A DNA stretch of 64,000 nt from an uncultured Acidobacteriota bacterium (lineage in GTDB: Bacteria; Acidobacteriota; Polarisedimenticolia; J045): contig CAVPCQ010000037.1 of assembly GCA_963702425.1 (NCBI GenBank), positions 288,001 through 352,000 of the forward strand, given 5' to 3'. The translations under genes were made by a program, and so were the position numbers. How positions within the stretch are numbered: the stretch's first letter is position 1; the number at the start of each line of letters is the position of its first letter. The notes below the pieces were generated by a model. It had not been told where the DNA came from. It made no database searches and worked only from the letters and a program-made list of their open reading frames with translations. Shown here one piece after another: positions 35,567 to 45,195 of the stretch.

Positions 35567-37047
35567 CGGCGGAAGAGGCCGACGCCCCGACCGGCGGGCG
35601 CCGGCTCGGACTGGGTGAGTTCGCGGATCCGCGCCTGCAGGCGCTCGATCTTCGCGTCGTACTCCGAGCGCTGGGCGTCGAAGCCGCGAGCCAGCCGCTC
35701 GCGCTCCTCCTCGAACTGCTGTTCCTTCGACTCCCGCTCGGAGTCGGCCTCGAAGCGGGAGCGCAGTTCGGCCTGCAACTGGGTGATCCGCTCGTCGCGC
35801 TCGGTCAGGTCCTGCCGGTGGCGCTCCTGGAGGTCGTCGTAGAGCTTCTCCACCTCGAGCAGCTTGTGGATCCGCGAGTAGTCGGCGTTCGAGGGCATGG
35901 AGCCTTCCTCTCCGGGGGCTTCGGACCCCTGGGCGGCATAGAAGAACTTGCGCAACATCAGGTCGAGGTCGCCGGGATTGCCCGAGATCTCCATCGCCGT
36001 CTGCTTGGAGACGACGTTGTTGATCACGAGCGCCGCCAGCGACTGGTTCATCGACTGCATCTTGTAGTAGGAGACCGAGCGCTCGAGCTCCTCGGCGATC
36101 TCGCCGATGTTCCCCTCGCGGATCAGCTTGCCGATCCGCGGCGAGTCGCGCAGGATCTCGACCGCCGCGACCATCCCCTTGCCGTCGGCGCGCTCGACGA
36201 GCTGCAGGCTGACCACCGCCTTCAGCACCTCGGCCAGCTGCTGGCGCACCTGCCGGTGCTGCTCGGCGGGGAACATGTCGATCACGCGGTCGATCGTCTG
36301 CGGGGCGGAGTTGGTGTGCAGGGTGGTGAAGACGACGTGGCCGGTCTCGGCCGCGGTCACCGTGGTGCTCATCGTCGGCAGGTCGCGGTTCTCGCCGACC
36401 ATGATCACGTCGGGATCCTGGCGCAGCGCGTTGCGCAGCGCGTCGGCGAAGCTGGTCGTGTCGGCGCCGACCTCGCGCTGCGTGACCGCCGCCATCCCGT
36501 CGGTCAGCAGGAACTCGATCGGGTCCTCGATCGTCACGATGTGGACGAGTCGCTTGGAGATCACCTCGTTCATGATCGCGGCCAGCGTCGAAGACTTGCC
36601 CGAGCCGGTGGGGCCGGTGATCAGGATCAGCCCCTGCCGCAGGTCGGCCAGCTCCTTCAGCACGTCCGGGAGGCCCCAGTCGTCGAGCGAGGGGAAGACG
36701 AAGGGGACGCGCCGGAAGACGGCGGCCAGCGTCCCGCGCTGGAAGAAGATCGTGCCCCGGAAGCGCGAGACCCCCGGTACCGAGTAGCCGAACTCGCAGG
36801 CCAGCCGGGTGTCGAGCTGCTCGAGCTGTCGCGCGTTGAGGGCGCCCTTCAGCATCGCGTCGAGTTCGGCCGGCTTGAACGGCGGCCCCTTGAGCGGAAC
36901 CAGCTTCCCCTTCAGCCTCAGCAGCGGCGGCCGCATCGGCTTGAGGTGCAGGTCGGAGGCCTCCTGCTGGACCATGAAGCGCAGCAGGTCGTCGAGCTTG
37001 AACGCCGACTTGGCGGTCTCCGACGCGACGCACTCGACCGTGCTCAC
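35563..37047 (-). CDS. pilT: PilT/PilU-family type IV pilus retraction ATPase with C-terminal coiled-coil extension
   Basis: ASDLHL, GPTGSGKSSTL, TIEDPIE, QREVG, ALRQDPDVIMVGE, AAETGH..TLHTN. Confidence 0.88.
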   Translation of the reverse strand: MSTVECVASETAKSAFKLDDLLRFMVQQEASDLHLKPMRPPLLRLKGKLVPLKGPPFKPAELDAMLKGALNARQLEQLDTRLACEFGYSVPGVSRFRGTIFFQRGTLAAVFRRVPFVFPSLDDWGLPDVLKELADLRQGLILITGPTGSGKSSTLAAIMNEVISKRLVHIVTIEDPIEFLLTDGMAAVTQREVGADTTSFADALRNALRQDPDVIMVGENRDLPTMSTTVTAAETGHVVFTTLHTNSAPQTIDRVIDMFPAEQHRQVRQQLAEVLKAVVSLQLVERADGKGMVAAVEILRDSPRIGKLIREGNIGEIAEELERSVSYYKMQSMNQSLAALVINNVVSKQTAMEISGNPGDLDLMLRKFFYAAQGSEAPGEEGSMPSNADYSRIHKLLEVEKLYDDLQERHRQDLTERDERITQLQAELRSRFEADSERESKEQQFEEERERLARGFDAQRSEYDAKIERLQARIRELTQSEPAPAGRGVGLFRR

Positions 37048-37206
37048 ATCCGCTCCGATCCCGCCCGGCGGCGGGGCTCAGGACATCCTCGGCGAATCTA
37101 GGTTTCGGCGGGGCGGTGGTCCAACCCGGCAGCCGTCGGCGCGGTCCGCGCCGGGAGGGGTCCGGCGGGACGGGCCCGGGCGGGCCGGGATCGAGGCCGG
37201 GGCGCG

Positions 37207-37212
37207 TAGAAT
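37207..37212 (+). promoter_or_regulatory. -10 element TAGAAT, 6 nt before the ATG at 37219 (probable leaderless transcript)
   Basis: TANNNT hexamer; no SD sequence. Confidence 0.5.
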
Positions 37213-37218
37213 CGGGGC

Positions 37219-37827
37219 ATGCGGGCCCTGGATCCGATCCTCCGCCAGCTGACCCTGGCCAACCAGCTGACCCTGCTGCGCCTGGCGGCGATCCCTGCCT
37301 TCGCCCTGCTCCTGCTCGAGGGCGAGAGAGGGTGGGCGCTCGTGGTCTACCTCGGGGCGGCGATCACGGACCGGCTGGACGGGATCGCAGCCCGGCGGCT
37401 GGGCCAGTTCACGCCGCTGGGGGCCTTCCTCGACCCGGCCGCCGACAAGATATTGATGCTCGTCACCTACCTGCTGCTGGCCCTGCCGGATCACCCCCGG
37501 ACCTTCCCGCAGTTCGCGCTCGCTCACCACGTCCCGGCCTGGCTGACGTTGCTGGTCGTGCTGCGCGACCTGCTGATCGTGATCGTCGCGCTGGGGCTCT
37601 ACCTCGCGCACCACGAGACCCGGTTCGCCCCGAGCCGCCTCGGAAAGTGGAACACCGGCTGGGAAATGGGGACCGCGGGGGTCTTCCTGCTGGCCAACGT
37701 CTGGGACCACGTGCCGGAGGCGCTGCTCGTCTTCGGCGTCTGGAGCACGGCCACGATGCTGGTCGCCTCGGGGGTCGCCTACCTGATGCGCCTCGGGCAG
37801 TCGATGCGCGCCGCGAGCAGCGGGTGA
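37219..37827 (+). CDS. CDP-alcohol phosphatidyltransferase (PgsA/cardiolipin synthase-like)
   Basis: ANQLTLLR, TDRLDGIAAR..G.FLDPAADK, LRD, GKW. Confidence 0.92.
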   Translation: MRALDPILRQLTLANQLTLLRLAAIPAFALLLLEGERGWALVVYLGAAITDRLDGIAARRLGQFTPLGAFLDPAADKILMLVTYLLLALPDHPRTFPQFALAHHVPAWLTLLVVLRDLLIVIVALGLYLAHHETRFAPSRLGKWNTGWEMGTAGVFLLANVWDHVPEALLVFGVWSTATMLVASGVAYLMRLGQSMRAASSG

Positions 37828-40244
37828 TCGCCGGCGCGGAGGTCCGGGCCCGTCTCGAGCTGTCCCGTGTCCTCGAGATGATCGCCGAGGGGACGCGCAC
37901 CCCGATGGGGCACGACCAGGCGCTGGCGCTGGCCCCCGTCGCGGTCCCGGACGACGCGCTGCGGGCCCAGGAGCGGGCGGCCGGGATGCGCCGGGTGCTC
38001 GCCGAGCGCGGACGCCTCCCCGTGGTCGCAGTCGAGGATCCGGCCGGCGTGCTCGACGAGCTGGCGGTCGCGGGGCGCACGCTGCCCGGCCGCGCGATCT
38101 TCGAGACCGTGCGGCTGCTCGTCGTGGCGCGCGAGGTCGCGAGCTTCCTGCGCGCACTCGATCCCGACGGGTTCCCGGCGCTGGCGGGGGAGTGGGCGCG
38201 CTTTCCCGAGCTGGAGGGGGTCGTCGGCTCGATCGAGGGGAACCTCAGCCCGGCCGGCTTCGTCGAGGATCACGCCTCGCCCGATCTGGCCCGCGTCCGG
38301 CGCGAGGTCCGACAGCTCTCGGAGCGGCTGACCGAGACGCTGCAGAAGATCCTGCGCGCCGAGGCCGGCGGGCCGGTGCTGCAGGACGATTTCATCACCG
38401 TCCGCAACAACCGCTTCGTGCTGCCGGTGCGCACCGACGCCCCGCGCCGCTTCTCCGGGATCGTCCACGCCACCTCCGGCAGCTCGCACACGCTCTTCAT
38501 CGAGCCGATGGAGACGGTCGAGATCAACAACCAGCTGGTCGCGCTCAAGGACGAGGAGCAGCGCGAGGTCGAGCGGATCCTGACGATGTACACCGAGCTG
38601 CTGCGGGCCGCGCGCGAGGAGATCGCGGAGACCGCGCGTGTGCTGGGCGAGCTCGACCGGCTGGAGGCGATCGCGCGCTGGGCCGACGCCGTGCGCGCCG
38701 TGCAGCCCGACCTGCAGCCGGGCGGGGGGCTGCGGCTGCGGCGTGCGCGCCACCCGGTGCTGGAGGCGACGCTGGCCGCGGCCGACCCGCCGCGCGCGAT
38801 GGTGCCGGTCGACGTCGACCTGCCGCGTGAGCTGCGCGCGCTGGTGATCTCGGGGCCCAATGCGGGCGGGAAGACGGTCGCGCTCAAGACGATCGGCCTG
38901 ATCGCGCTGATGGCGCACACCGGGCTGCCGGTCCCGGCCGACGAGGCCGCGATGCCGCTCTTCTCGCGGATCGACGCCGACATCGGCGACGAGCAGTCGA
39001 TCGCCGAGAGCCTCTCGACCTTCGCCAGCCACGTGAAGAACCTGGCGACGGTGCTGGCCGGCGCGGAGCCGCCGGCGCTGGCGCTGATCGACGAGATCGG
39101 GACCGGGACCGACCCCGCGGAAGGGGCCGCGCTGGGGACCGCGACGCTCGACCGGCTCGTCCAGCTCGGGGTCCACGTCGTGGCCACCACCCACCACGCG
39201 GCGGTCAAGGCCTGGGCCTACCGGGCCAAGGGCGCGCTCAACGCCGCCTGTGACTTCGACCAGGCGACGCTGCGGCCGACCTACCGGCTGGTCCCCGGCG
39301 TCGCCGGGGCGTCGATCGGGCTGACGATGGCCGAGCAGCTCGGCCTCGACCCGACGATCGTCGCCGAGGCGCGGCGGCGGCTCGATCCCGCGGGCGTCGA
39401 GACCGCTTCCGTGCTCGACGCGGTCCGCACGCTCGCCTCCGACCTCGAGACGCGGCGCGCGGAGCTGACCGAGACGCGGCGCCGGCTGGAGCGCGAGGCG
39501 GTCGAGCGCGACGCCGCGCGCCGGACCGACGAGGAGAAGCGCCGCGCGGAGTGGACGCGGCGGGTCGAGGAGATGGCGCGGGCCTTCCGCGCGGAGGCGG
39601 AACGGATGCTCAAGCGACTCGACGACGTGCGCGAAAAACGCCTGCTGGACCGCGAGCGCGCCGCGCGCGAGCGCGAGCTGAAGGAGCGCTTCGCCGAGGA
39701 GGTTGCGGCGGCGCGCCGGACCGAGCCGCCGCCCGCGGCGTGGCAGCCGGAGGAGGGGGGGAAGGTCCTCGTCGCCTCGCTCGGTCGCGAAGGGGTGATC
39801 CGCGGGATCACCGGGACGCGGGCCGAGGTCCGGCTGGGGGCGGCGATCTTCACCGTGCCGCTGGACGACCTGCGGCCGGCCGCGGCGCCGCCGGCGGCCG
39901 GCGGGCCGGATGCGCGGCGCGGACCGCGCACCGCCGCCGCGGGGCGCCCCGGAACGAGCGCCATCGGGCGGTCCGCCCAGGCCGCGGAGCGCGCGGCGGT
40001 GCGCGAGCTGATCCTGCTCGGCTACCGCGTCGACGAAGCGCTCGACGCGGTCGACAAGTACCTGGACGAAGCACAGCTCGCCGGGCTGGCCGAGGTCCGG
40101 CTGGTCCACGGCTTCGGCACCGGCGCGCTGAAGAAAGCGATCCGCGAGCACGTCAGCGCGCACCCCGACGTGGTGTCGTGGCGCGACGGGCGGCCGGACG
40201 AGGGGGGCGGCGGCGCGACCGTCGTCGCTCTCCGGACCGAGTGA
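37824..40244 (+). CDS. mutS2: MutS2 family protein with Smr domain
   Basis: GIVHATSGS..TLFIEP, ISGPNAGGKT, DIGDEQSI..SLSTF, DEIGTGTDP.EG, TTH; C-terminal VHGFGTG..GGGGAT. Confidence 0.95.
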   Translation: MIAGAEVRARLELSRVLEMIAEGTRTPMGHDQALALAPVAVPDDALRAQERAAGMRRVLAERGRLPVVAVEDPAGVLDELAVAGRTLPGRAIFETVRLLVVAREVASFLRALDPDGFPALAGEWARFPELEGVVGSIEGNLSPAGFVEDHASPDLARVRREVRQLSERLTETLQKILRAEAGGPVLQDDFITVRNNRFVLPVRTDAPRRFSGIVHATSGSSHTLFIEPMETVEINNQLVALKDEEQREVERILTMYTELLRAAREEIAETARVLGELDRLEAIARWADAVRAVQPDLQPGGGLRLRRARHPVLEATLAAADPPRAMVPVDVDLPRELRALVISGPNAGGKTVALKTIGLIALMAHTGLPVPADEAAMPLFSRIDADIGDEQSIAESLSTFASHVKNLATVLAGAEPPALALIDEIGTGTDPAEGAALGTATLDRLVQLGVHVVATTHHAAVKAWAYRAKGALNAACDFDQATLRPTYRLVPGVAGASIGLTMAEQLGLDPTIVAEARRRLDPAGVETASVLDAVRTLASDLETRRAELTETRRRLEREAVERDAARRTDEEKRRAEWTRRVEEMARAFRAEAERMLKRLDDVREKRLLDRERAARERELKERFAEEVAAARRTEPPPAAWQPEEGGKVLVASLGREGVIRGITGTRAEVRLGAAIFTVPLDDLRPAAAPPAAGGPDARRGPRTAAAGRPGTSAIGRSAQAAERAAVRELILLGYRVDEALDAVDKYLDEAQLAGLAEVRLVHGFGTGALKKAIREHVSAHPDVVSWRDGRPDEGGGGATVVALRTE

Positions 40245-41202
40245 GCGAGGGCCGGCCGGCGCGCCGGTCCGGGCGCCTCGTGCTGGCGGCCGCGGGCGTC
40301 GTCGGCGGCCGTCGCTGCTGGTCGCGACCGTCGCGATCGCGCTGCGCCCCGGGATCGCTTTCGCGCTCGCCCGCCGCGCCGCCTACCTGCGCGCCGGTGC
40401 CGAGTGGGGGACGGTCGAGGTCGACGGCGAGCAGCTCGGCTGGATCGCCGTCGGCGCGGGGCCGCCGATCGTGCTGGTCCACGGGATGCGGGCCGAAGCC
40501 TCGATCATGACGCCGCTCGCCCGCGCCCTCGCCGACCGCGGCTGGCGGGTCGTCGCGCTCGACCTGCCCGGCCATGGCCGCTCCGCCGCGCCGCACGGGC
40601 CGGTCGAGATCGATCGCATCGGCGAGGTCGTGCTCGACGCCGCGGCCGCGCTCGGCCTCCCGCCCCGGCCGGCGCTGCTCGGTCACTCGATGGGGGGCTG
40701 GATCGTCGCCTGGCAGGCGCTCGCGAACCCGGAGCGCTGCGGCCCGGTCGTCCTGGTTTCGGCGCCGGGGGTCTGGACCGACCTTCCGCCGCTCGAGCGG
40801 CTGCACCCCGAGACCGCGGCCGAGGCCCGGCTCTCGCTCGAGTATTTCTTCGCCAGGCCGCCGCCGGCTCCGTGGCCGGTCCTGTGGCTGGCCGCCCACC
40901 GCCCGTTCGGGATCGGGCTCGAACTGCTGCGCTCCGCGCTCTCCGGCCGCTTCGTGGTCGGGGATCTGCTCCCCGGGCTGAGCGTGCCGGCTCTGGTCGT
41001 CGCCGGGGCCGAGGACCGGATCGTGCCGGCGGAGGCCTCGCGGCGGATGGCCGACGCGCTGCCGGTCCGGCGCTATGTCGAGGTCACGGGAGCCGGGCAC
41101 ATGGTGATCTGGGAGGATCCCCGGGCGGTCGCGGAGGCCGCGGACGCGTTTCTCCGAGAGACCGGGTACGGGGCGGTTCAAGCCCCGGGAGAGGTTCGAT
41201 AG
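40241..41202 (+). CDS. Alpha/beta hydrolase with N-terminal membrane anchor; frameshift at about 40308
   Basis: VLVHG, DLPGHG, GHSMGG, GAEDRIVP, GAGH; the N-terminus from GTG 40241 (GTGA overlap with mutS2) is in a different frame. Confidence 0.85.
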
Positions 41203-41274
41203 AATCCGCGGGTCGGCCGGATCGCCGGGTCCCCGCGGGTCCTTGCGCGGCTCCGGCCCGGCCAAGGAGACAGG

Positions 41275-43326
41275 ATGAGTGAGAAGCCGTTCCAGCCGGT
41301 CGTTCCGGCCAGCTCGACCGACCGCGAGTTCACGCTGCGGGCCCTGATCCTGGGGCTCGTGCTGTGCGTCGTGCTCGGGGCCGCCAACGCCTACCTCGGA
41401 TTGCGCGCCGGGATGACGATCGCCGCCACCTACCCGGCGGCGGTGATCAGCATGGCGTTCCTCCGGCTCTTCAAGGGGTCGCTGCTCGAGGAGAACTTCG
41501 CCCGGACCGTCGGCTCGATCGGCGAGTCGGTCGCCGCCGGCGCGATCTTCACGATCCCGGCCTTCGTGATCCTCGGGCTGTGGAAGTTCAACCCGCAGGA
41601 GATGGCCAAGGAGTACCTCACCGCGTCGGCGTTGATGATTCTCGGCGGGATCCTGGGGATCATGTTCGTCACGATCCTGCGGCGCGTGATGGTGGAGGAC
41701 CGCGCGCTGCCGTTCCCCGAATCGGTCGCCGCCTCGGAGATCCACATCGCCGGGCGCCGCACGGGGACCGGTGCCGCATCGCAGCTCTTCCAGGCGATGG
41801 GCGTGGGGGCTTTGATCAAGCTGATCGGCGACCTCGGGATCTTCAGCGCGAAGAACCCCTTCTTCCCGAAGGTCGGGACCTACGGCGAGAGCCTGGTGCG
41901 CCTCGGGCTGACCAAGGAGTCGAAGACCGTCGCCGCCGGTGGGATCACGACGATCGCCGCGCCGGAGATCACGCCGGCCTACTTCGGCGTCGGCTACATC
42001 ATCGGGCCGGAGCTGGGCGCGCTGAACTTCGCCGGCGGCCTGCTGGCGTGGGGCCTGCTCGTGCCGCTGCTGGTCTTCTTCGTCGGGCCGACGATGATCG
42101 GGCAATACACCAGTCCCGAGGGGGCCCAGGACTGGGCCGGCCTGACCGGGCACCTCTACCGCTTCATCGTGCGTCCGATCGCGGTCGGCGGGATGCTCGT
42201 CGGCGCCTGCTTCACGCTCTGGCGGATGCGCAAGAACCTGCTGATCGGGATCAAGCGCGGGATCTCGGACGTGAGGAAGTCGGCCGGCGCCAGCCAGGCC
42301 ACGCTGCGGACCGATCGCGACCTGTCGTTCCAGATCGTCGCGATCGTGATCGCGGCCGTCTTCGGCCTGATGATCGGGCTCTACTTCTACTTCGCCGGGA
42401 CCTTCCTGGCGGCGGTCGTCGCGGCGGTGGTGATGCTCGTCACCGGCTTCTTCTTCTCCGCGGTCTCGGGCAACCTGGTCGGGATGATCGGGTCGTCCAA
42501 CAACCCGATCTCCGGGCTGACCCTGGCGACCACGCTGGTCGCGGCGCTGACGATGGTGATCGTCGGGGCCAAGGGGGCGCAGGGGGTCGCGGCGGTGATC
42601 GGGGTCGCGGCGATCGGCTGCGTGTCCGCCGCGGTCGCCGGCGAGATGCTGCAGGACCTCAAGGTCGGGCACATTCTCGGCGGTACGCCGTGGAGGATGG
42701 AGCTGGGCGACATCATCGGCGTCGTCGTCGCCGGGTCCGTGATGTTCTTCCCGCTCTACCTGCTGCACACCTCGGATCTGGCCAGCAACCCGACCAACGG
42801 CGGCTTCGGCGGCCCGAACCTGGCCGCACCGCAGGCCGGCCTGATGGCGGCGCTCTCGCAGGGGATCGTCGGCGGCGAGATGGCCTGGCCGCTGGTGGTC
42901 GTCGGGATCGCGATGGGGATCTCGATGATCCTGGTCAAGGTCCGCTCGCCGATGCTCTTCTCGGTCGGGATGTACCTGCCGCTGGAAACGACCTTCGCGA
43001 TCTTCTGCGGCGGCCTGATCCGCGGGCTGGTGGACAAGCTGGTGCTGAAGAAGGGGTTCAACGACGCGCAGAAGGCGCGGGTCGAGAACGCCGGGGTGCT
43101 GGTGGCCTCGGGACTGATCGCCGGCGAGGCGCTGATGGGCCTGTTCATCGCCGGGGTCGTCGCGTTCCGAGCCGACAAGACCTTCCCGACCCTCTCCTCG
43201 TTCGGCGGCATCGCCTCCTGGCTGGCGATCGCGGTCGCGGTGGTGCTGGTGCTGTACATGGTCCGCGTGCCGATCTCGAAGGCCGGCCGGCCGGACGAGC
43301 CGGCGCCGCCGATGGCGGTGATGTAG
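41275..43326 (+). CDS. OPT family oligopeptide transporter
   Basis: REFTLRA, NAYLGLRAG, LPFPES, GVGYIIG, GSSNNPISG, LQDLKVGH, APQAGLMA, SGLIAGEAL. Confidence 0.93.
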   Translation: MSEKPFQPVVPASSTDREFTLRALILGLVLCVVLGAANAYLGLRAGMTIAATYPAAVISMAFLRLFKGSLLEENFARTVGSIGESVAAGAIFTIPAFVILGLWKFNPQEMAKEYLTASALMILGGILGIMFVTILRRVMVEDRALPFPESVAASEIHIAGRRTGTGAASQLFQAMGVGALIKLIGDLGIFSAKNPFFPKVGTYGESLVRLGLTKESKTVAAGGITTIAAPEITPAYFGVGYIIGPELGALNFAGGLLAWGLLVPLLVFFVGPTMIGQYTSPEGAQDWAGLTGHLYRFIVRPIAVGGMLVGACFTLWRMRKNLLIGIKRGISDVRKSAGASQATLRTDRDLSFQIVAIVIAAVFGLMIGLYFYFAGTFLAAVVAAVVMLVTGFFFSAVSGNLVGMIGSSNNPISGLTLATTLVAALTMVIVGAKGAQGVAAVIGVAAIGCVSAAVAGEMLQDLKVGHILGGTPWRMELGDIIGVVVAGSVMFFPLYLLHTSDLASNPTNGGFGGPNLAAPQAGLMAALSQGIVGGEMAWPLVVVGIAMGISMILVKVRSPMLFSVGMYLPLETTFAIFCGGLIRGLVDKLVLKKGFNDAQKARVENAGVLVASGLIAGEALMGLFIAGVVAFRADKTFPTLSSFGGIASWLAIAVAVVLVLYMVRVPISKAGRPDEPAPPMAVM

Positions 43327-43352
43327 CCGGTCCGTAGCGCTTCACGGGTACC

Positions 43353-43385
43353 CGGGGCGGCGCTGCGGCGCCGCCCCGTTTGTCT
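43353..43385 (+). terminator. Rho-independent terminator after the OPT gene
   Basis: 11-bp stem CGGGGCGGCGC-TGCG-GCGCCGCCCCG followed by TTTGTCT. Confidence 0.7.
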
Positions 43386-43386
43386 C

Positions 43387-43412
43387 GGGCCGGCACGGAT
43401 GCTGATTCCTGC
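43387..43412 (-). repeat. Degenerate REP copy
   Basis: GGGCCGGCACGGATGCTGATTCCTGC: first 13 nt identical to the other copies, the rest differs mostly by transitions. Confidence 0.6.
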
Positions 43413-43934
43413 CGGGCGTGCTTTGGGGCGCGCAGCAGGAGCGTGGCGCTGGCGTCGAGCGGTGAGATGCGCGGCGGGTCGAACGTCGGGAAGGGCAGAT
43501 GAAGGCGGCCGACTACGTGCTGGTGCCCGGACCTGGTGAACAAGAACGCCAGGGCCGGCGTGCAAGAAGCGTCGGCGGGCATGCTGGGGTGGATTGCTCG
43601 GCGGTACGGCAGGTGCGGTCGATCGGTGGCGTCAATCTCAAGAGCAAGACGGCCGACGTCGTCCTGACCATGACGGACGTCCGCTCGACCGAGCAGGTGG
43701 CGCTCGCCGCAGGGTCACGCCAAGAAGACAGATCTGGGCTGGGGCGGAGGGCGGCGCCGCGTTCTTCGGGGGCTTCGCGGCCGGCGGCGCCAGCAGCTAC
43801 GCCAACACGGAGATCGGCCAGGTCGTGACGATGGCCTACCTGGACGCCTTCGTGAAGCTGATCGAACGAGGTCAAGAACAACACGCACCGAACGCCAAGG
43901 CCGACAACGTCACGCAGTCGGTGCGATGGCAGCG
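43413..43934 (+). pseudogene. Fragment of a CsgG/HfaB-like protein, multiply frameshifted, no 5' end
   Basis: Pieces in different frames: GEMRGGSNVGKGQMKAADYVLVP; GGVNLKSKTADVVLTMTDVRSTEQVA; GGASSYANTEIGQVVTMAYLDAFVKL. Confidence 0.55.
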
Positions 43935-45125
43935 TCAGAAGATCGCCTTGAGCAGCTGGGTCACCAGGTCGTCCAGCGAGAAGATCGTGAGGACCAGCGG
44001 CGCCAGCGGTACGGCGGTCACCGCGGCGAGCCTCGTCGCGTCCCTGACACCGAACGGCACAACGCGCATCTCCTGGATGACTGCGAAGCTGTTTCCGAGA
44101 TCGGCCAGCGACTGGATGTCGCCGGTGCCCAGGAACTCGTCGTCCTTCGACGCGCCCCCGCGGATCCACTTCTCGTCGAACCCCTGGACATACCGGCTCG
44201 CCAGCGTCCCGTACTCGCTCAGTCCGCGCCGTCTCGCTCGCGCGAGGTGGGGCGTGAACACGACGAGCGGGCCGAGGATGAACGCCAGGAAGAAGGCGAC
44301 GAACCCCACGATCTGCACCTTGAAGTCGATCAGGTTCGCACCCTGCTGGAAGATCCGCCCGGCGATCTGGCCGGAAAGCAGGGCGCCCTCGGCAAGGAGG
44401 ATGGGGCCATAGGCATATGTACTCTGGCCCAGGAAACCGAGGCCCCCTGCCCGGTCCGGATGCGTGGGGATGAGGTGCAGATCGAGCCGCGAGATCCGCC
44501 ACAGGAATCCGAACCAGAGGAAGATCCGCAGGTACCAGCGCAGCAGGATGAACTGGAAGATCGGGAGGCTGACGAGGACGTACCAGTAGCCGGCAGGGGT
44601 CAGGTTCAGGTGCCCGCCTTCCGGCCTCGCGTACCAGGTTGCCGCCTCGAGGGCCGTCTGGCTGCGCCAGATCCAGAGGCCGAGCGTGTAGACGACGGCC
44701 ACCAGGGCGAGTTCCAGGGCGACGGAGTTGCGTGCACGCAGGACGGAGGCGATGGCCGCGTTGAACCTCGGCACCTCCGCGGGGGGGACGACGCCTCGGT
44801 CCAGGAACGCCTTCACGGTCGGCCGGATGCGCAGGTGAACGACCAGCTCGGCGGCGATCAGGATGGGCAGCGCGAGCAGGAACTTGACGTGCATCTCGAC
44901 GTCGTGCAGGAACGGAACCTTGATCCCGCCACCCAGGGCGCTCCCGCCAATCACTGACAGGACCAGCAAGGGCAGCCACGCGAAGCACGTGATGGCCACG
45001 ATCCGGCGGTAGAGCAACTCCAGCGCGTCCCCGGCCAGGTGCGACCGGCGGAACAGCTGAAACAGCGGACCGCCCAGCACGAGAGAGAAGTCGTCCGTTC
45101 GGTCGATGGGTACGGGCTCGGTCAT
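43935..45125 (-). CDS. Conserved hypothetical multi-pass membrane protein
   Basis: 396 aa with several TM segments; FSLVLGGPLFQL, HPDRAGGLGFLG, GTGDIQSLADLGNSF. Confidence 0.75.
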   Translation of the reverse strand: MTEPVPIDRTDDFSLVLGGPLFQLFRRSHLAGDALELLYRRIVAITCFAWLPLLVLSVIGGSALGGGIKVPFLHDVEMHVKFLLALPILIAAELVVHLRIRPTVKAFLDRGVVPPAEVPRFNAAIASVLRARNSVALELALVAVVYTLGLWIWRSQTALEAATWYARPEGGHLNLTPAGYWYVLVSLPIFQFILLRWYLRIFLWFGFLWRISRLDLHLIPTHPDRAGGLGFLGQSTYAYGPILLAEGALLSGQIAGRIFQQGANLIDFKVQIVGFVAFFLAFILGPLVVFTPHLARARRRGLSEYGTLASRYVQGFDEKWIRGGASKDDEFLGTGDIQSLADLGNSFAVIQEMRVVPFGVRDATRLAAVTAVPLAPLVLTIFSLDDLVTQLLKAIF

Positions 45126-45195
45126 GGCGCCACCTTTCTCGCTGGGATTCTGATCCTCCCGCCGGACCTCAAGTTTCCGCGTCGCGCCCCGCGCT

